The notes below the pieces were generated by a model. That model did no database searches. It was not told where the DNA came from and saw nothing but the letters and a program-made list of their open reading frames with translations. The translations under genes and the position numbers were made by a program. A stretch of DNA of 48,327 nucleotides, from NCBI GenBank assembly GCA_019683625.1, contig JADGHY010000001.1, positions 1 through 48,327 of the forward strand, in the 5' to 3' direction. Of the stretch, positions 1-10,618 are shown one piece after another (within the stretch, counting starts at the first letter, position 1; the number at the start of each line of letters is the position of its first letter). The DNA comes from Thermoflavifilum sp. (GTDB taxonomy: Bacteria > Bacteroidota > Bacteroidia > Chitinophagales > Chitinophagaceae).

Positions 1-1347
1 CTGCTGCACTTCCCGGCAGCTCATGAAGAGGTGCCATAGCAATCCACTCCGGTAATTTTCAATCATCACCACCTGTGGGCCCTGATCTATGGCCAAATAG
101 CGCTTGGGATACCAGTTTGCCGTTTCACTAAATGCATCATAAAAACCATAAGGCCCCCAGAGTTTATCTTTCATTTGATGATTCGTGAACCAATATCGGA
201 TAGCCTGCATGGATTCACGAGGCGTATAGACAATCGAAGAAACAGCGGCTGTAGGAGAAATTACACCTAAGTCAGTTTTCTCGCCCGGTGCATGTGCTGC
301 ATAACCATGCACCGAATAACTGGCTGTGAGTCCCCAGTTCTGAGGACCATATCCTTTGTAATGCAGGGGATTCTTCACGCACCATGTATAATTAATCATG
401 GTTTGATTCACATTTTCTTTCCAGTAATCAGCGTATTGATCTTTCAATCCATGCGGATTCAAACCCAGATAATTGTAATGCGCCCAGAATAAAGGCCCTC
501 CCAGCCTGGCATCGCCTTGATGATGCAGTTGTAACTCATAGCCTTCATACCAGGAAGGGGATACGATTTTACCATTTTCAGCCCATCCCTGGTGGTACAC
601 GGAAGCCGGAATCGCATAGGTGGGTGAAGAGGCCGCCAACACATAGGCAATCAAACATTCATTATAGCCATGAATAGGAAAATGCATCGCCCAGCCATAA
701 TCAGGGCTCCAATGCCAGTATAACACCTGTTCGCCATGTTGGTACCAGTTCCATTCCACCGTGCGCCAAAGGGTATCTATTTGCCTGGCCAGCAGTTGGG
801 CTACTGCATTTCCCTGCATGAGATATTGCCTCGCACACAACAGACCTTGCACGAGATAGGCTGTTTCCACCATATCTCCTCCATCATCTTTCGGGCTGAA
901 AGGTTTCACCTTCCCGTTTGGATAAAGCCAATGCGGCCAAGCACCGTGAAAACGATCGGCCTGTTTCAGAAAATGAATGATTTGCCGAAGGCGGCTGATG
1001 CCTTGTTCCTGGGTGATATATCCGCGATGCATGCCCGCCAGAATAGCCATGATCCCAAATCCGCTACCCCCTACGGCTATGACATCTGCATCGTGTTCGG
1101 GATAAATACCATCCACATGAATACGCTCACGTGCCATGCCGGAATGGGGCTCTGCTCCCTGCCAAAAATATTGAAACGTGGCCCGTTCCACACTGTCGAG
1201 CAAGGCTTCATCAGGAAGCAAAGCCTCGTGCTGCGATGAACGGGATGCTCCTGGATTGATCTTTGCCTCATGAAATCGAAAGGCAGCAAGCACACTTAAG
1301 GCAATAGCACTTACAGCAATCTGAATTGCGACCCGATGCATGTTCAT
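1..1347 (-). CDS. GH144 (glucoamylase-like fold) putative endo-beta-1,2-glucanase; 3' end cut by the window edge
   Basis: Absent from the ORF track because there is no stop in the window. Manual translation of both ends: from ATG 1347 MNMHRVAIQIAVSAIALSVLAAF...ALLDSVERATFQYFWQGAEPHSGMARER...GGSGFGIMA, ending in frame ...ENYRSGLLWHLFMSCREVQQ. Clearly paralogous to 3123-4805. Confidence 0.88.
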   Translation of the reverse strand, partial: MNMHRVAIQIAVSAIALSVLAAFRFHEAKINPGASRSSQHEALLPDEALLDSVERATFQYFWQGAEPHSGMARERIHVDGIYPEHDADVIAVGGSGFGIMAILAGMHRGYITQEQGISRLRQIIHFLKQADRFHGAWPHWLYPNGKVKPFSPKDDGGDMVETAYLVQGLLCARQYLMQGNAVAQLLARQIDTLWRTVEWNWYQHGEQVLYWHWSPDYGWAMHFPIHGYNECLIAYVLAASSPTYAIPASVYHQGWAENGKIVSPSWYEGYELQLHHQGDARLGGPLFWAHYNYLGLNPHGLKDQYADYWKENVNQTMINYTWCVKNPLHYKGYGPQNWGLTASYSVHGYAAHAPGEKTDLGVISPTAAVSSIVYTPRESMQAIRYWFTNHQMKDKLWGPYGFYDAFSETANWYPKRYLAIDQGPQVVMIENYRSGLLWHLFMSCREVQQ

Positions 1348-1354
1348 ATGTTAT

Positions 1355-3112
1355 CTATTGAACTTCAAGAATGCTTTTTTTAGGAGATGTGCCATTTTCA
1401 TTGATCGCCTCAATGGTAAAATAGTAGGTTTTTTCCCGATCCATGGCTTCAAAAAAATACTGGTTATCTGCATACACCATAATGGCGTTGTACAATTTAT
1501 GCGGATCCGTGCCATAATAAATCTGATAAGCGTAAGCATGATTTACAGGGCTCCAGCGAATCCAGGCGCTGCGTTTGTCTTTTTCCGTGCGCAAAACCAT
1601 GAATTGCCCCACAGAATCGGGCTTTGCTCCCTGTCCGTTTCCGAAGATGCGAAGGCCACTTAGTGCAAATTTCCCGGTGGGCATATGCAGGTTCACCATT
1701 TTGATGTACCGTGCTTCTACAGGCGTATCGAGTTCCACATAATCGTGGGGAACATCCGTCAGGTTTTTGCTTTTATCGATGAGCAAATGCCAATGTATAC
1801 CATCTTTGGAATCAAATATTTGGTATTGATGATAACCTTCTGTTGCGGGAGGATGGGCATCCTGATCAGCATAATTGATTTGGATAGCTTTCACTATACA
1901 GCGGTCACCCAAGTCTGAAATGATCCACTCGCCTGCTTTTCCGGTAGCTGCACTCCAGTAGGTACGGATATCTTCATCCACGGCAAAATTGGGATAATGT
2001 GCACCGTCGGTCGATGACACCTGCACGGGCTTGGCAAAGTTGAGCAACATCCATCCGGTGAACTGACCTGCCTGAGGGCTTGTGGGCAAATAATGCGGAT
2101 AATCTCCAAAGGCGGTATTGCAATACATGATGCCATCCTCATCAAAACCAGCGGGCCAGATGCCAATGCGGCGTTCAAAATTGTTTTTTACGGCGATGCG
2201 GATCGTGGATACATGCCACCATCTTCCGGCAGCATCCTGAAAGGTGCTGCCATGGCCTGCTCCACGGGCAAAGCCACCTGGTTTGTAACTAAGCGGGTCA
2301 GGCTGGAAATGAAAAGGGCCTAAAGGACTGTCTCCAACGGCCACCCCATCGGCATATCCGCTGAATTCTGTGCCCGGAGCAGCAAATTGCAGATAATATT
2401 TTCCATTGTGCTTGGTCATCCATGCCCCTTCAATAAAGGGATCCAGAAAAATATTGTCGTTATATTCTCCAAAACGTTGCCAGCCATAGCGCCAGGGCTG
2501 CAGCAACAATAGTTCTTTTCTGGCGGTCTTGGGTGCAAAGCTATGCCTGTCTATTTCCACACCATAAATGGGATAGGCATTGCTGCTGCCATTGTACATA
2601 TACAATCTGCCATCCTCATCCAGAAAAAAATCGGGATCCCATCCGCCAATCTTAAAGGAATCTATTGCTTTTTCCCACCGATTTTGCTTGGGATCGGTGG
2701 ACATCCAGATGGGAAAATCGCTCGTATAAGTTGAACCAAATACCAGCATCGTATCGCCCATGACCCATACGGCCGGCGCACACAAATCATCATACGTTCG
2801 TTTTCGCTGTGCTTCATTTAAAAACGAGCGTGCTATAAAATGCCAATGAAACATATCTTCACTCCACCAGTAACCTTTTTGATTGGTAGAAAACAAATAA
2901 TAATCCTGTTGATAGCGCACAATCACCGGGTCGGCGGTAGTCCGATGCTGTCCCCATTGGGTGAAGTCTGGGATCGGACAATATTTGTAATCCAGATTCA
3001 CGGGATTGCAATAAGTTTGTTGCTTGTGTTGAGCCTGCACAGAAGTAAACATGCATGGAAAACACGCAAGCTGAACAAAGAAAAAAGATGATAAAAGATG
3101 CTTTTTCATCAC
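1355..3112 (-). CDS. GH43 glycoside hydrolase with F5/8 type C (CBM32) and FN3-like domains, secreted
   Basis: Signal peptide; TYCNPVN...TADP, WDPD, FIEGAW and GAGHGS motifs of the GH43 beta-propeller; C-terminal AVDEDIRTYWSA...ARYIK discoidin domain. Confidence 0.85.
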   Translation of the reverse strand: MMKKHLLSSFFFVQLACFPCMFTSVQAQHKQQTYCNPVNLDYKYCPIPDFTQWGQHRTTADPVIVRYQQDYYLFSTNQKGYWWSEDMFHWHFIARSFLNEAQRKRTYDDLCAPAVWVMGDTMLVFGSTYTSDFPIWMSTDPKQNRWEKAIDSFKIGGWDPDFFLDEDGRLYMYNGSSNAYPIYGVEIDRHSFAPKTARKELLLLQPWRYGWQRFGEYNDNIFLDPFIEGAWMTKHNGKYYLQFAAPGTEFSGYADGVAVGDSPLGPFHFQPDPLSYKPGGFARGAGHGSTFQDAAGRWWHVSTIRIAVKNNFERRIGIWPAGFDEDGIMYCNTAFGDYPHYLPTSPQAGQFTGWMLLNFAKPVQVSSTDGAHYPNFAVDEDIRTYWSAATGKAGEWIISDLGDRCIVKAIQINYADQDAHPPATEGYHQYQIFDSKDGIHWHLLIDKSKNLTDVPHDYVELDTPVEARYIKMVNLHMPTGKFALSGLRIFGNGQGAKPDSVGQFMVLRTEKDKRSAWIRWSPVNHAYAYQIYYGTDPHKLYNAIMVYADNQYFFEAMDREKTYYFTIEAINENGTSPKKSILEVQ

Positions 3113-3122
3113 TTCTCGTATT

Positions 3123-4805
3123 TTAACGAACCGTAAATCCTAATTTTTGCAATCCCAGCTGCACTTCCGGGCAGCTCATGAACAAATGCCACAATAATCC
3201 GCTCCGGTAATTTTCAATCATTATGATCTGCGGAGCCTGATCTATGGCCACATAATCCGTATCAAACCAGGGAATCGAAAGATTAAAAGCGTCTTTAAAT
3301 CCATAATCCCCCCAGAGTTTATCGCCGAGTATATCATAGTAAAATCGGATGGCTTGCATGGAAGCTGCGGGTGTATAGGGCAGGGAAGAAACGGCTGCAG
3401 TGGGCGCAATCACACCATCGTCGTTTGTGGGTGAATGTACGGCATATCCAACTGCCGAAGCAGTTCCGGAAAGATCATCACTTGCCGTGAGCCCCCAGCA
3501 GCTGCTGCTGTAGCCATTGAAGTGAAGAGGATTTCGCTTGCAATAAGCATATTGGATATTAGCATGTGCCACATTTTGTTGCCAGTAATCTGCATAAGCA
3601 TCGGCCAAGCCATGCGGATCGACGCCTAAAAAAGTATAATGTGCAAAAAACAAGGGGCCACCAAATGCAGGTCCTAAGGGCAAAACAATGCCTTCATAGG
3701 TATTTCCGTTGCGCATGTTGCCATTTCTTGCCCAACCACTATCATATACTTTTTTATCAATAGCATGGGTGCGTGAAGCGGCAGCTAAAACATAGGTGAT
3801 CAAGGCTTCATTCCATCCCTGGATAGGCGTTTGCATGGCCCATCCATAATTGGGGCTCCAATGCCAGTATAAAACCGATTGGCCGTTTTGCTGAAACCAA
3901 GTCCATTCCACCTGATCCCACAAGCTATCAATTTGCTGGCGCAAGGATTGTTCGGCAACGGTAGATGCCTGAAAATATTGGCGTGCACACAATAAGCCCA
4001 TCATCAAGTAGGATGTTTCCACCAAATCAGCACCATCATCCCTTGTGCTAAAGGGAATCGTTTCACCGGTTGCCCCATTAATCCAATGAGAAAAAGCACC
4101 ATGATAACGGGTGCAGTGATGGCTTAAAAAATCAACGATTTGGGCAATCCGATGCAGCCCGTCGGTTCGTGAAATAAAATTTCTTTCTATCCCAACCAAA
4201 ATGGCCATGATGCCAAAGCCTGTAGCCCCGGTGGCACACACATCAGCAGCGCTGCTGCGTTCGCGGATCAAGCCAGAAACAGGGTGGGCAAAATCCCAGA
4301 AATACCGGAAGGTTTGCTGCTCGACCAAGGTGAGCAAAGCACTGTCGGACAAGTGAGGAAATTTATCCGTTGAATCGATGGCCGTAATCCAATCGATCTG
4401 ATACGTATTGTCCAGCTGAGTGTTTTCCGTGCCTGGCAATCCTTTTTGCACCACCAAAAAATATTTGCTTAGGGCATGCAGGGTATCTTGCGGTTGCAAT
4501 ACCAGGATGCTGTCGGCCGACTGCTGGACTTGCCGAAGTGGTATTTGCTGCTGATGGTTATCATACAAAAAGATAAATGAAAAAATATCTTTGGTAGAAA
4601 CAGCATGATTAAATACCAACTTCAGTTGCGGACAGGTGCTTACCTGAAACAAATGATAAGAATTCTCCTGGCCATCCACAGCAAAACTGATTAACTGAAA
4701 CGATCTGGCTGCCTGAGGTTGCGGATTTTGTGGTTGTTTGGCACAGGACAAAGCCAGCATGGCCCACACGATGCCACACGCCTGATGAAGTGCCTTTATC
4801 TTCAA
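3123..4805 (-). CDS. GH144 family lipoprotein with N-terminal Ig-like domain (putative beta-1,2-glucanase)
   Basis: Lipobox LALSC; QTFRYFWDFAHPVSGLIRER, GATGFG, DGADLVET, GWNEALITY, GGPLFFAHY and AIDQAPQIIMIENYRSGL motifs; TTG start. Confidence 0.85.
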   Translation of the reverse strand: MKIKALHQACGIVWAMLALSCAKQPQNPQPQAARSFQLISFAVDGQENSYHLFQVSTCPQLKLVFNHAVSTKDIFSFIFLYDNHQQQIPLRQVQQSADSILVLQPQDTLHALSKYFLVVQKGLPGTENTQLDNTYQIDWITAIDSTDKFPHLSDSALLTLVEQQTFRYFWDFAHPVSGLIRERSSAADVCATGATGFGIMAILVGIERNFISRTDGLHRIAQIVDFLSHHCTRYHGAFSHWINGATGETIPFSTRDDGADLVETSYLMMGLLCARQYFQASTVAEQSLRQQIDSLWDQVEWTWFQQNGQSVLYWHWSPNYGWAMQTPIQGWNEALITYVLAAASRTHAIDKKVYDSGWARNGNMRNGNTYEGIVLPLGPAFGGPLFFAHYTFLGVDPHGLADAYADYWQQNVAHANIQYAYCKRNPLHFNGYSSSCWGLTASDDLSGTASAVGYAVHSPTNDDGVIAPTAAVSSLPYTPAASMQAIRFYYDILGDKLWGDYGFKDAFNLSIPWFDTDYVAIDQAPQIIMIENYRSGLLWHLFMSCPEVQLGLQKLGFTVR

Positions 4806-4818
4806 GAGAAATCCATTT

Positions 4819-4855
4819 TAAAAATCAGGGAGCGAGGAAAAACTCACTCCCTGAT
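4819..4855 (-). terminator. Intrinsic terminator or attenuator hairpin inside PUL1
   Basis: Minus strand ATCAGGGAGTGAG-TTTTTC-CTCGCTCCCTGAT followed by TTTT; 13-bp stem with one G-U pair. Confidence 0.7.
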
Positions 4856-4870
4856 GAAAACCCAAAAACC

Positions 4871-5701
4871 TTATTTACCTCTTCCCTCCAGGCGTACGAG
4901 GGCATTAATATCCTCTTCACTCAATGCCTGATCATAAACCCTCACTTCGTCGAGCAATCCGTTCAAAAAGCTTGCCCAGGGCTGGCTGCCCGTGGCAGAA
5001 GTGAGGCTGGGATTGGTCATAAACTGAGATGTGCCAAACACCAGGGGGCCTACATACTGAAATTGAATAGGCCCATAATTATTCACCTGTTGGGTGGCTA
5101 TTTTATTACCGTTGACAAATACTTTGAACGTGGAGCTTGCCGCATCGTAACTTACCGCAATACTTGTCCACACGCCCCAAAGATTATTAATCTGGTAATT
5201 GCCCAACCAGGCATCGGTGCCGTTGTTATTGACATGTATTTTCAGGAAGCCATGATCGGTTGTGCTTCCGTTTTCAAAAAACACGTCCAGGTTGCCCCAG
5301 AAGGCCGTGGTATCGGAAAGAGAAAGGATGCCGCCCGTGCCATTGGTATTTTGCTGGGCATTGACCCAAAAGCTAAGGGTAAAGCTTTGCAGTTGCACGA
5401 GGCGTTGGCTGGTGGGGAACAGCACATAAGAATCGGTGCTGCCGATGCGTAAGGCCTGTCCCTTCACACCATTGGCAAAAGAGGTGTTCACGGCTGTTCC
5501 TTGAGCACCGGATATGCTGTCTATCAAATTCCCATTAAATGACCAATAGGCCACCAGATGGGTGGCGCCCACCTCGTTGGAGCTGGTATAACCACCAATG
5601 GTCAGGGCGGGCATGTAGCTATGCGGATCAAATTTTTTATAGCAGGCGCTAATGAGCATCCATGCGCAAAGAGCCATCAGTGCAGGGATCTGTCGTTTCA
5701 T
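4871..5701 (-). CDS. LamG/concanavalin A-like lipoprotein (SusE-position surface glycan-binding protein)
   Basis: Start moved to MKRQIPAL (5701); lipobox LISAC; LVAYWSFNG, FTLSFWV and GLLDEVRVYDQALS LamG motifs; lies directly after susD. Confidence 0.85.
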   Translation of the reverse strand: MKRQIPALMALCAWMLISACYKKFDPHSYMPALTIGGYTSSNEVGATHLVAYWSFNGNLIDSISGAQGTAVNTSFANGVKGQALRIGSTDSYVLFPTSQRLVQLQSFTLSFWVNAQQNTNGTGGILSLSDTTAFWGNLDVFFENGSTTDHGFLKIHVNNNGTDAWLGNYQINNLWGVWTSIAVSYDAASSTFKVFVNGNKIATQQVNNYGPIQFQYVGPLVFGTSQFMTNPSLTSATGSQPWASFLNGLLDEVRVYDQALSEEDINALVRLEGRGK

Positions 5702-5721
5702 AACTCTTTTTTTAAAATCAA

Positions 5722-7206
5722 TTAATAACCTGGGTTTTGGATAAGCACGCCGGCACTCAGGTCTATTTCGTTTTGCGGAATGGGCCACACTTCATTTTTT
5801 CCGGCCTTCCAACCCTTAGGGCCGAAGATCTGGGCGGCTCTGCCCTGGCGGATCACATCGAAATATCTGTCGAATTCCATGGCCAACTCCACGTGGCGTT
5901 CATGCCAGATGGCCAGGCGCAGGCTATCCTGATTGGTTGTGGTGATATCGGGCAAAATATTGGGGTTCCCCTGGCGGGCGCGTGCACGCACCTGATTCAG
6001 AGAATTGAGTGCCTGTTGCGTATTGCCCAATTCATTAGCCGCCTCGGCATTCATGAGCAACACTTCAGCATAGCGAATCACACGGATGTTTTGCTGACAT
6101 CCTTCCGTGTAGCCGGATTGATACATGCTGAAGGGCACATAGGATTTTTGATTGTACCGGGGATTGGTGACGGTCAGGGGCACAAAATCACCTTCCGGAG
6201 TGGTTTCGCCGCGGAAGAGGATGGTAGCATCCCTGCGGGGGTCGCCCGGTTCATAGGTGCTATCGGCCAGTTTAGCCGTGGGCACATTAAATCCCCATCC
6301 GCCGCCTACCACACCCCGTGCACCCTGTACCTGAGAATATTGTGAATTAGAGGCACCGGGATTGCCGGGAATCAAAGCACACTGGATCTCAAAGATAGAT
6401 TCCGCACAATTTTCATTTTGTACCCGAAACAATTGTTCGTAGTTGGGGAACAAATGATAAATACCGAGGGCCATCACCTGATTGGTGTAATCCAGCACCT
6501 GCTGCCATTTCTTTTGATACATGCACACTTTGGCATGCAAAGCCAGTGCAGCGCCCTTGGTAGCATGGCCCACTTCGGCAGCAGGATAGGTTACGGGGAG
6601 CACGGCAGCCGCATCGGTCAGATCCTGTTCAATGGCAGCATACACACTGTCTTTAGGTGCCCGGGGTAAATTATAGTCGGCTGGGCTCTGTGGCAGATGC
6701 AGGCGCAGGGGCACTCCGCCAAAAGCGCGAACCAGGCGAAAATAACAATACGCACGAATGAATTTTGCCTCGGCAATGTATCGTTGCTTGAGGCTTTCAT
6801 CAAAATGCATAGTATCCACATGATCGATGACCTGATTGCAAAGATTGATTTCCTGATACTGGCCTGTCCAGAAATCCTGCAGCTGGCCTTCGGTGGAGGT
6901 AGCCGTAAAATTGTCAAAATCATTCATAAACGTGGCATCCTGCGGATCACTTCCTTTTTCCGCATCATCAGAGCCCAGGCTTTCCACGGCTATGGCCGCA
7001 AAAGCCACCTGTTTCCATTCATGCAGGTTAGCATACATCGCATTTACGGCTTTGGTGGCATCTTCCTCCGTGAGCCAAAATTGTTGATTGGGCTGTTGTC
7101 CCTGAGGAGGCACTTCCAGAAAACTTTTTGAACAGCCTGCGGCTATCAGCAATAAGCCAAGCAGCCAGAAAAGATATTCCCTTTTATGATTTGGTTTCAT
7201 GGTCAT
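5722..7206 (-). CDS. RagB/SusD family outer membrane lipoprotein
   Basis: Lipobox AAGC; EAKFIRAYCYFRLVRAFGGVP, RYAEVLLMNAEA, ERHVELAME and terminal QNPGY motifs. Confidence 0.95.
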   Translation of the reverse strand: MTMKPNHKREYLFWLLGLLLIAAGCSKSFLEVPPQGQQPNQQFWLTEEDATKAVNAMYANLHEWKQVAFAAIAVESLGSDDAEKGSDPQDATFMNDFDNFTATSTEGQLQDFWTGQYQEINLCNQVIDHVDTMHFDESLKQRYIAEAKFIRAYCYFRLVRAFGGVPLRLHLPQSPADYNLPRAPKDSVYAAIEQDLTDAAAVLPVTYPAAEVGHATKGAALALHAKVCMYQKKWQQVLDYTNQVMALGIYHLFPNYEQLFRVQNENCAESIFEIQCALIPGNPGASNSQYSQVQGARGVVGGGWGFNVPTAKLADSTYEPGDPRRDATILFRGETTPEGDFVPLTVTNPRYNQKSYVPFSMYQSGYTEGCQQNIRVIRYAEVLLMNAEAANELGNTQQALNSLNQVRARARQGNPNILPDITTTNQDSLRLAIWHERHVELAMEFDRYFDVIRQGRAAQIFGPKGWKAGKNEVWPIPQNEIDLSAGVLIQNPGY

Positions 7207-7212
7207 TTCGTT

Positions 7213-10200
7213 TTAAAAGGTGAGGTTAATACCAGCATTGTAGGTAGCATACATTGGATACACATTCACGTCAACACCGGCCCTGGTGGGCGACCCGCCG
7301 ATCTCTGGTGAAAAACCTTTATAGGAAAAGAAATTCAGGGCATTTTGCGCATTCACGTAAATGCGAAGGCGGCTGATCTGCCAGCGTTGGGTGAGGCGAT
7401 CGGGCAAAGTATATCCCAACTGAATGTTGCGTACGCGGAAATAACTACCGTTTTGTACGTAAAATGAATTGGAGATATAATTTTCTCCACCGCCAATATT
7501 GGCCGAAGGATAAGTGTTGGATGTGCCCGGCCCATGCCAGCGATGATCAAAGAAATCCTGGGTAAAGTTTTCCCCACCATAACGAAATCCCAGATTGGCA
7601 TTGTAAATATCTACACCTGCCACACCCTGAAAATCAAGGGTAAGATCAAATTGCTGGTACGACCAGGTGGTGTTGATGCCATACAAATATTTGGGGTTGG
7701 GATTGCCCAACACCACACGATCCCGATCATCAATCACCCCGTCGCCGTTGATGTCGGCAAATTTGAAATCACCGGGTTTGGCGGTAGGTTGAATGGGGGT
7801 GCCATCTTTGCCCACGTAGTTGTTAATATCGTCTTGGCTCTGAAATACGCCGATGACCTTCCGTCCGAAAAATTCCCCGATGGGCTGGCCTACAATGGTA
7901 CGGGTATTGAAATTGTTAGATCCCGTGGTACCCACGGCTTGATAAATGGGATTGGCACCTGTGGTTACCGATAACACCTTGTTGTTATTCTGGCTAAGAT
8001 TTGCGCTGATGGAATAATGCCATTTTGTGCCAATCTGATCGGCCCAAGATAAAGTAAATTCCACGCCTTTGTTTTGAAAGTCAGCCTGGTTGCCGATGAT
8101 GGTTCCGGATGTGGTGCCCAATGAGCCCAGGATGGGAATATCAAAAATGGCCTTTTCGGTTTTTTTGATGTAATAATCGATTTCCAGATTCAGCCTATCC
8201 TGCAGGGTAGTAGCTTCCAAGCCAATGTCGGTACCCACACCGCGTTCCCAATAGGTAGTGGGCGGCACAATGGTGGTGATGCTGGCTCCAGTGTAATAGG
8301 CCTCAGGATTGCCAAACACTGCCGTAAACTGCGGAATCTGGGTGACGGTGAGCACGGAAATATTGGATGGCACAGATGCATTTCCGATTTTACCCCAGCT
8401 CCCCCTGAGCTTTAAATAGCTGAAGGCGTGTTGGTTTTTCATGAATGATTCTTCGCTGATCACCCAACCTGCACCCACAGAAGGAAAATATCCCCATCGG
8501 TTGGAGCCCGTAAATTTTGAAGAACCATCAGCCCGAAAAGAAGCATTGATCAGGTAACGATTCCGGAAAGCATAATTGATTCTTCCGAAATAAGAGGCCA
8601 CCGTAGAAAGATCGCCTCTGTCACTGGCAAAACGGGAATTCTGGTCGCCGAGCGAGAGATAAAAATCTCCTTCAGAATTATCGGGCACATTTTCCGCACT
8701 GGCGGTTAATTCATAAAACTTGTATCGCTGAGCGGATTGGCCGGCTAATACCGTGATATGATGAGCTCCAAATTGGTGCTGATAGGTGAAGGTGTTTTCC
8801 ACGATCCAGTTGCGGGTTTCATCGCGGGTGAGGGTAAGTTTGCTGGTGCTGTTTTGCTGTTTTAACGTGGCTTTGTACACCGGCACATAATTTCGCACTT
8901 CCTGCTGAGCAAATTCTCCGCCCCAGCTGGTACGGAAGGTCAGGTCTTTCCAGAGCTTCAATTCAGCAAACACATTTCCGGAAAGCCTGTAGATGCGGGA
9001 TTGCTGATGAAAGAAATCGAGTGTAACCTGCGGATTGAAATTTGAGCCATCGGCAACATTGTAATCCGATGGATCGCCGTAGGAGCCATCCGCATAATAT
9101 ACCGGCACCACGGGTGCAGCTGCATATAATTCATGAAATATGCCGGGCGGGTAGTCATGCGAAAAACTATAAGCCCCGGTAACGGTGTAGCCGATATGCA
9201 GTGCATTCAATGGCTGAAAATCATTTTTCACCAAGGTGGTATAGCGCTTGTAATCATTTTTTTCTACCAATCCTTGTTGATCCAGATAACCCAGGGAAAA
9301 GCGATAAGCAGCTTTATCCGTGCCACCATTCACAGAAATTTCATGGTTGGTGATCAAGGCATTTCGCAAAATCTGATGATACCAATCTGTGCCTTTTCCA
9401 AACTGGTTGGGATCGTAAATGGGATTGTTGCCGTTGATTTGATAGAGTTCGTTGATAAGCGTCGCATATTCACGTGCATCTGCCATTTTCAGCGGATGGG
9501 TAACACTTTGCCAGCCGGCATAACCGTTGTAATGCACCTGCATTTTTCCACTGATACCTTTTTTAGTGGTAATCAACACCACTCCGTTGGCTGCTCGGAT
9601 GCCATAAATTGATTCTGAAGAAGCATCTTTCAGGATACTGATGCTTTCAATATCGGCAGGATTCAGGAAGCTGATATCGCTATACCATACGCCGTCGACC
9701 ACATAAAGCGGATTGGGATCGCCATATACGGTACCCAGGCCCCGGATGCGGATTTCAGGTGAAGCTCCGGGTTGTCCTGAATTGGTAATCTGTACGCCAG
9801 CCACCTTGCCTTGGAGGCTGCTGATGGCATTGACAGAAGATTGCTTGGCAATATCCTCCCCTTTAATTTGGGCCACGGCACCTGTCACGTCAATTTTCTT
9901 CTGGGTTCCGTAACCTACAACCACCACCTCATTGAGCTGAGACACAGATGGCCGCAAGACAATTTCCAGTGTAGAGCGGCCGTTGACGGGAATTTCCACG
10001 GTTTGATACCCTACATAAGAAATCACCAGCACGGCATCGTCGGGGACTTCAATCTGAAAAGCTCCCTCCTCATTGGTTACTGTGCCTGCCGTCGCACCTT
10101 TCACCTGAATGGTTACTCCGATCAAGGGCCTGCCCAGCGAATCGGTCACCCGGCCATGCACTTCAACGGGCTGAAGTTGCTCTGCATGTGGGGCGATAAC

Positions 10201-10557
10201 CACCAGTTTATTGTTCAACACCTGATAACTCAAATGCAATCCGCTGAGCAGGGAATCCAGGATTTGCTCCACCGGCCTGTCAGTAGCCGAAATGCTGATG
10301 CGTGTATCCACGGGCACTTCCGCATTGTTGTATAAGAACCGATAGCCGGTTTTGTGTTGGATCATGTTCAAGACGCGTTCCAGCTTCACATCCTGCAGGT
10401 GCAAACTAAGCCTTGATTCCTGGGAGAAGGCTTTTGCGTAAGCCTGTATAAAACCAGCCAGCAGGAGAAGCGTAGTCCATTTCATACATAACAAAACTTT
10501 AAACTTGCTTCCTGAGAAAAAGCTATAAGCATATGGTTGATTTTTCATAATTTTCAT
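7213..10557 (-). CDS. SusC/RagA TonB-dependent transporter with N-terminal STN signalling domain
   Basis: EVVVVGYGTQKK, LKDASSESIYG...NGVVLITTK and terminal F; N-terminal STN extension (LERVLNMIQHKTGYRFLY). Start is 10557 or 10548. Confidence 0.95.
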   Translation of the reverse strand: MKIMKNQPYAYSFFSGSKFKVLLCMKWTTLLLLAGFIQAYAKAFSQESRLSLHLQDVKLERVLNMIQHKTGYRFLYNNAEVPVDTRISISATDRPVEQILDSLLSGLHLSYQVLNNKLVVIAPHAEQLQPVEVHGRVTDSLGRPLIGVTIQVKGATAGTVTNEEGAFQIEVPDDAVLVISYVGYQTVEIPVNGRSTLEIVLRPSVSQLNEVVVVGYGTQKKIDVTGAVAQIKGEDIAKQSSVNAISSLQGKVAGVQITNSGQPGASPEIRIRGLGTVYGDPNPLYVVDGVWYSDISFLNPADIESISILKDASSESIYGIRAANGVVLITTKKGISGKMQVHYNGYAGWQSVTHPLKMADAREYATLINELYQINGNNPIYDPNQFGKGTDWYHQILRNALITNHEISVNGGTDKAAYRFSLGYLDQQGLVEKNDYKRYTTLVKNDFQPLNALHIGYTVTGAYSFSHDYPPGIFHELYAAAPVVPVYYADGSYGDPSDYNVADGSNFNPQVTLDFFHQQSRIYRLSGNVFAELKLWKDLTFRTSWGGEFAQQEVRNYVPVYKATLKQQNSTSKLTLTRDETRNWIVENTFTYQHQFGAHHITVLAGQSAQRYKFYELTASAENVPDNSEGDFYLSLGDQNSRFASDRGDLSTVASYFGRINYAFRNRYLINASFRADGSSKFTGSNRWGYFPSVGAGWVISEESFMKNQHAFSYLKLRGSWGKIGNASVPSNISVLTVTQIPQFTAVFGNPEAYYTGASITTIVPPTTYWERGVGTDIGLEATTLQDRLNLEIDYYIKKTEKAIFDIPILGSLGTTSGTIIGNQADFQNKGVEFTLSWADQIGTKWHYSISANLSQNNNKVLSVTTGANPIYQAVGTTGSNNFNTRTIVGQPIGEFFGRKVIGVFQSQDDINNYVGKDGTPIQPTAKPGDFKFADINGDGVIDDRDRVVLGNPNPKYLYGINTTWSYQQFDLTLDFQGVAGVDIYNANLGFRYGGENFTQDFFDHRWHGPGTSNTYPSANIGGGENYISNSFYVQNGSYFRVRNIQLGYTLPDRLTQRWQISRLRIYVNAQNALNFFSYKGFSPEIGGSPTRAGVDVNVYPMYATYNAGINLTF

Positions 10558-10618
10558 GCGTTTTGGGTGTACATAAAATCCTTCCGGTTGTCTGTGCCGA
10601 AGGGTTATCATCCGTTCA

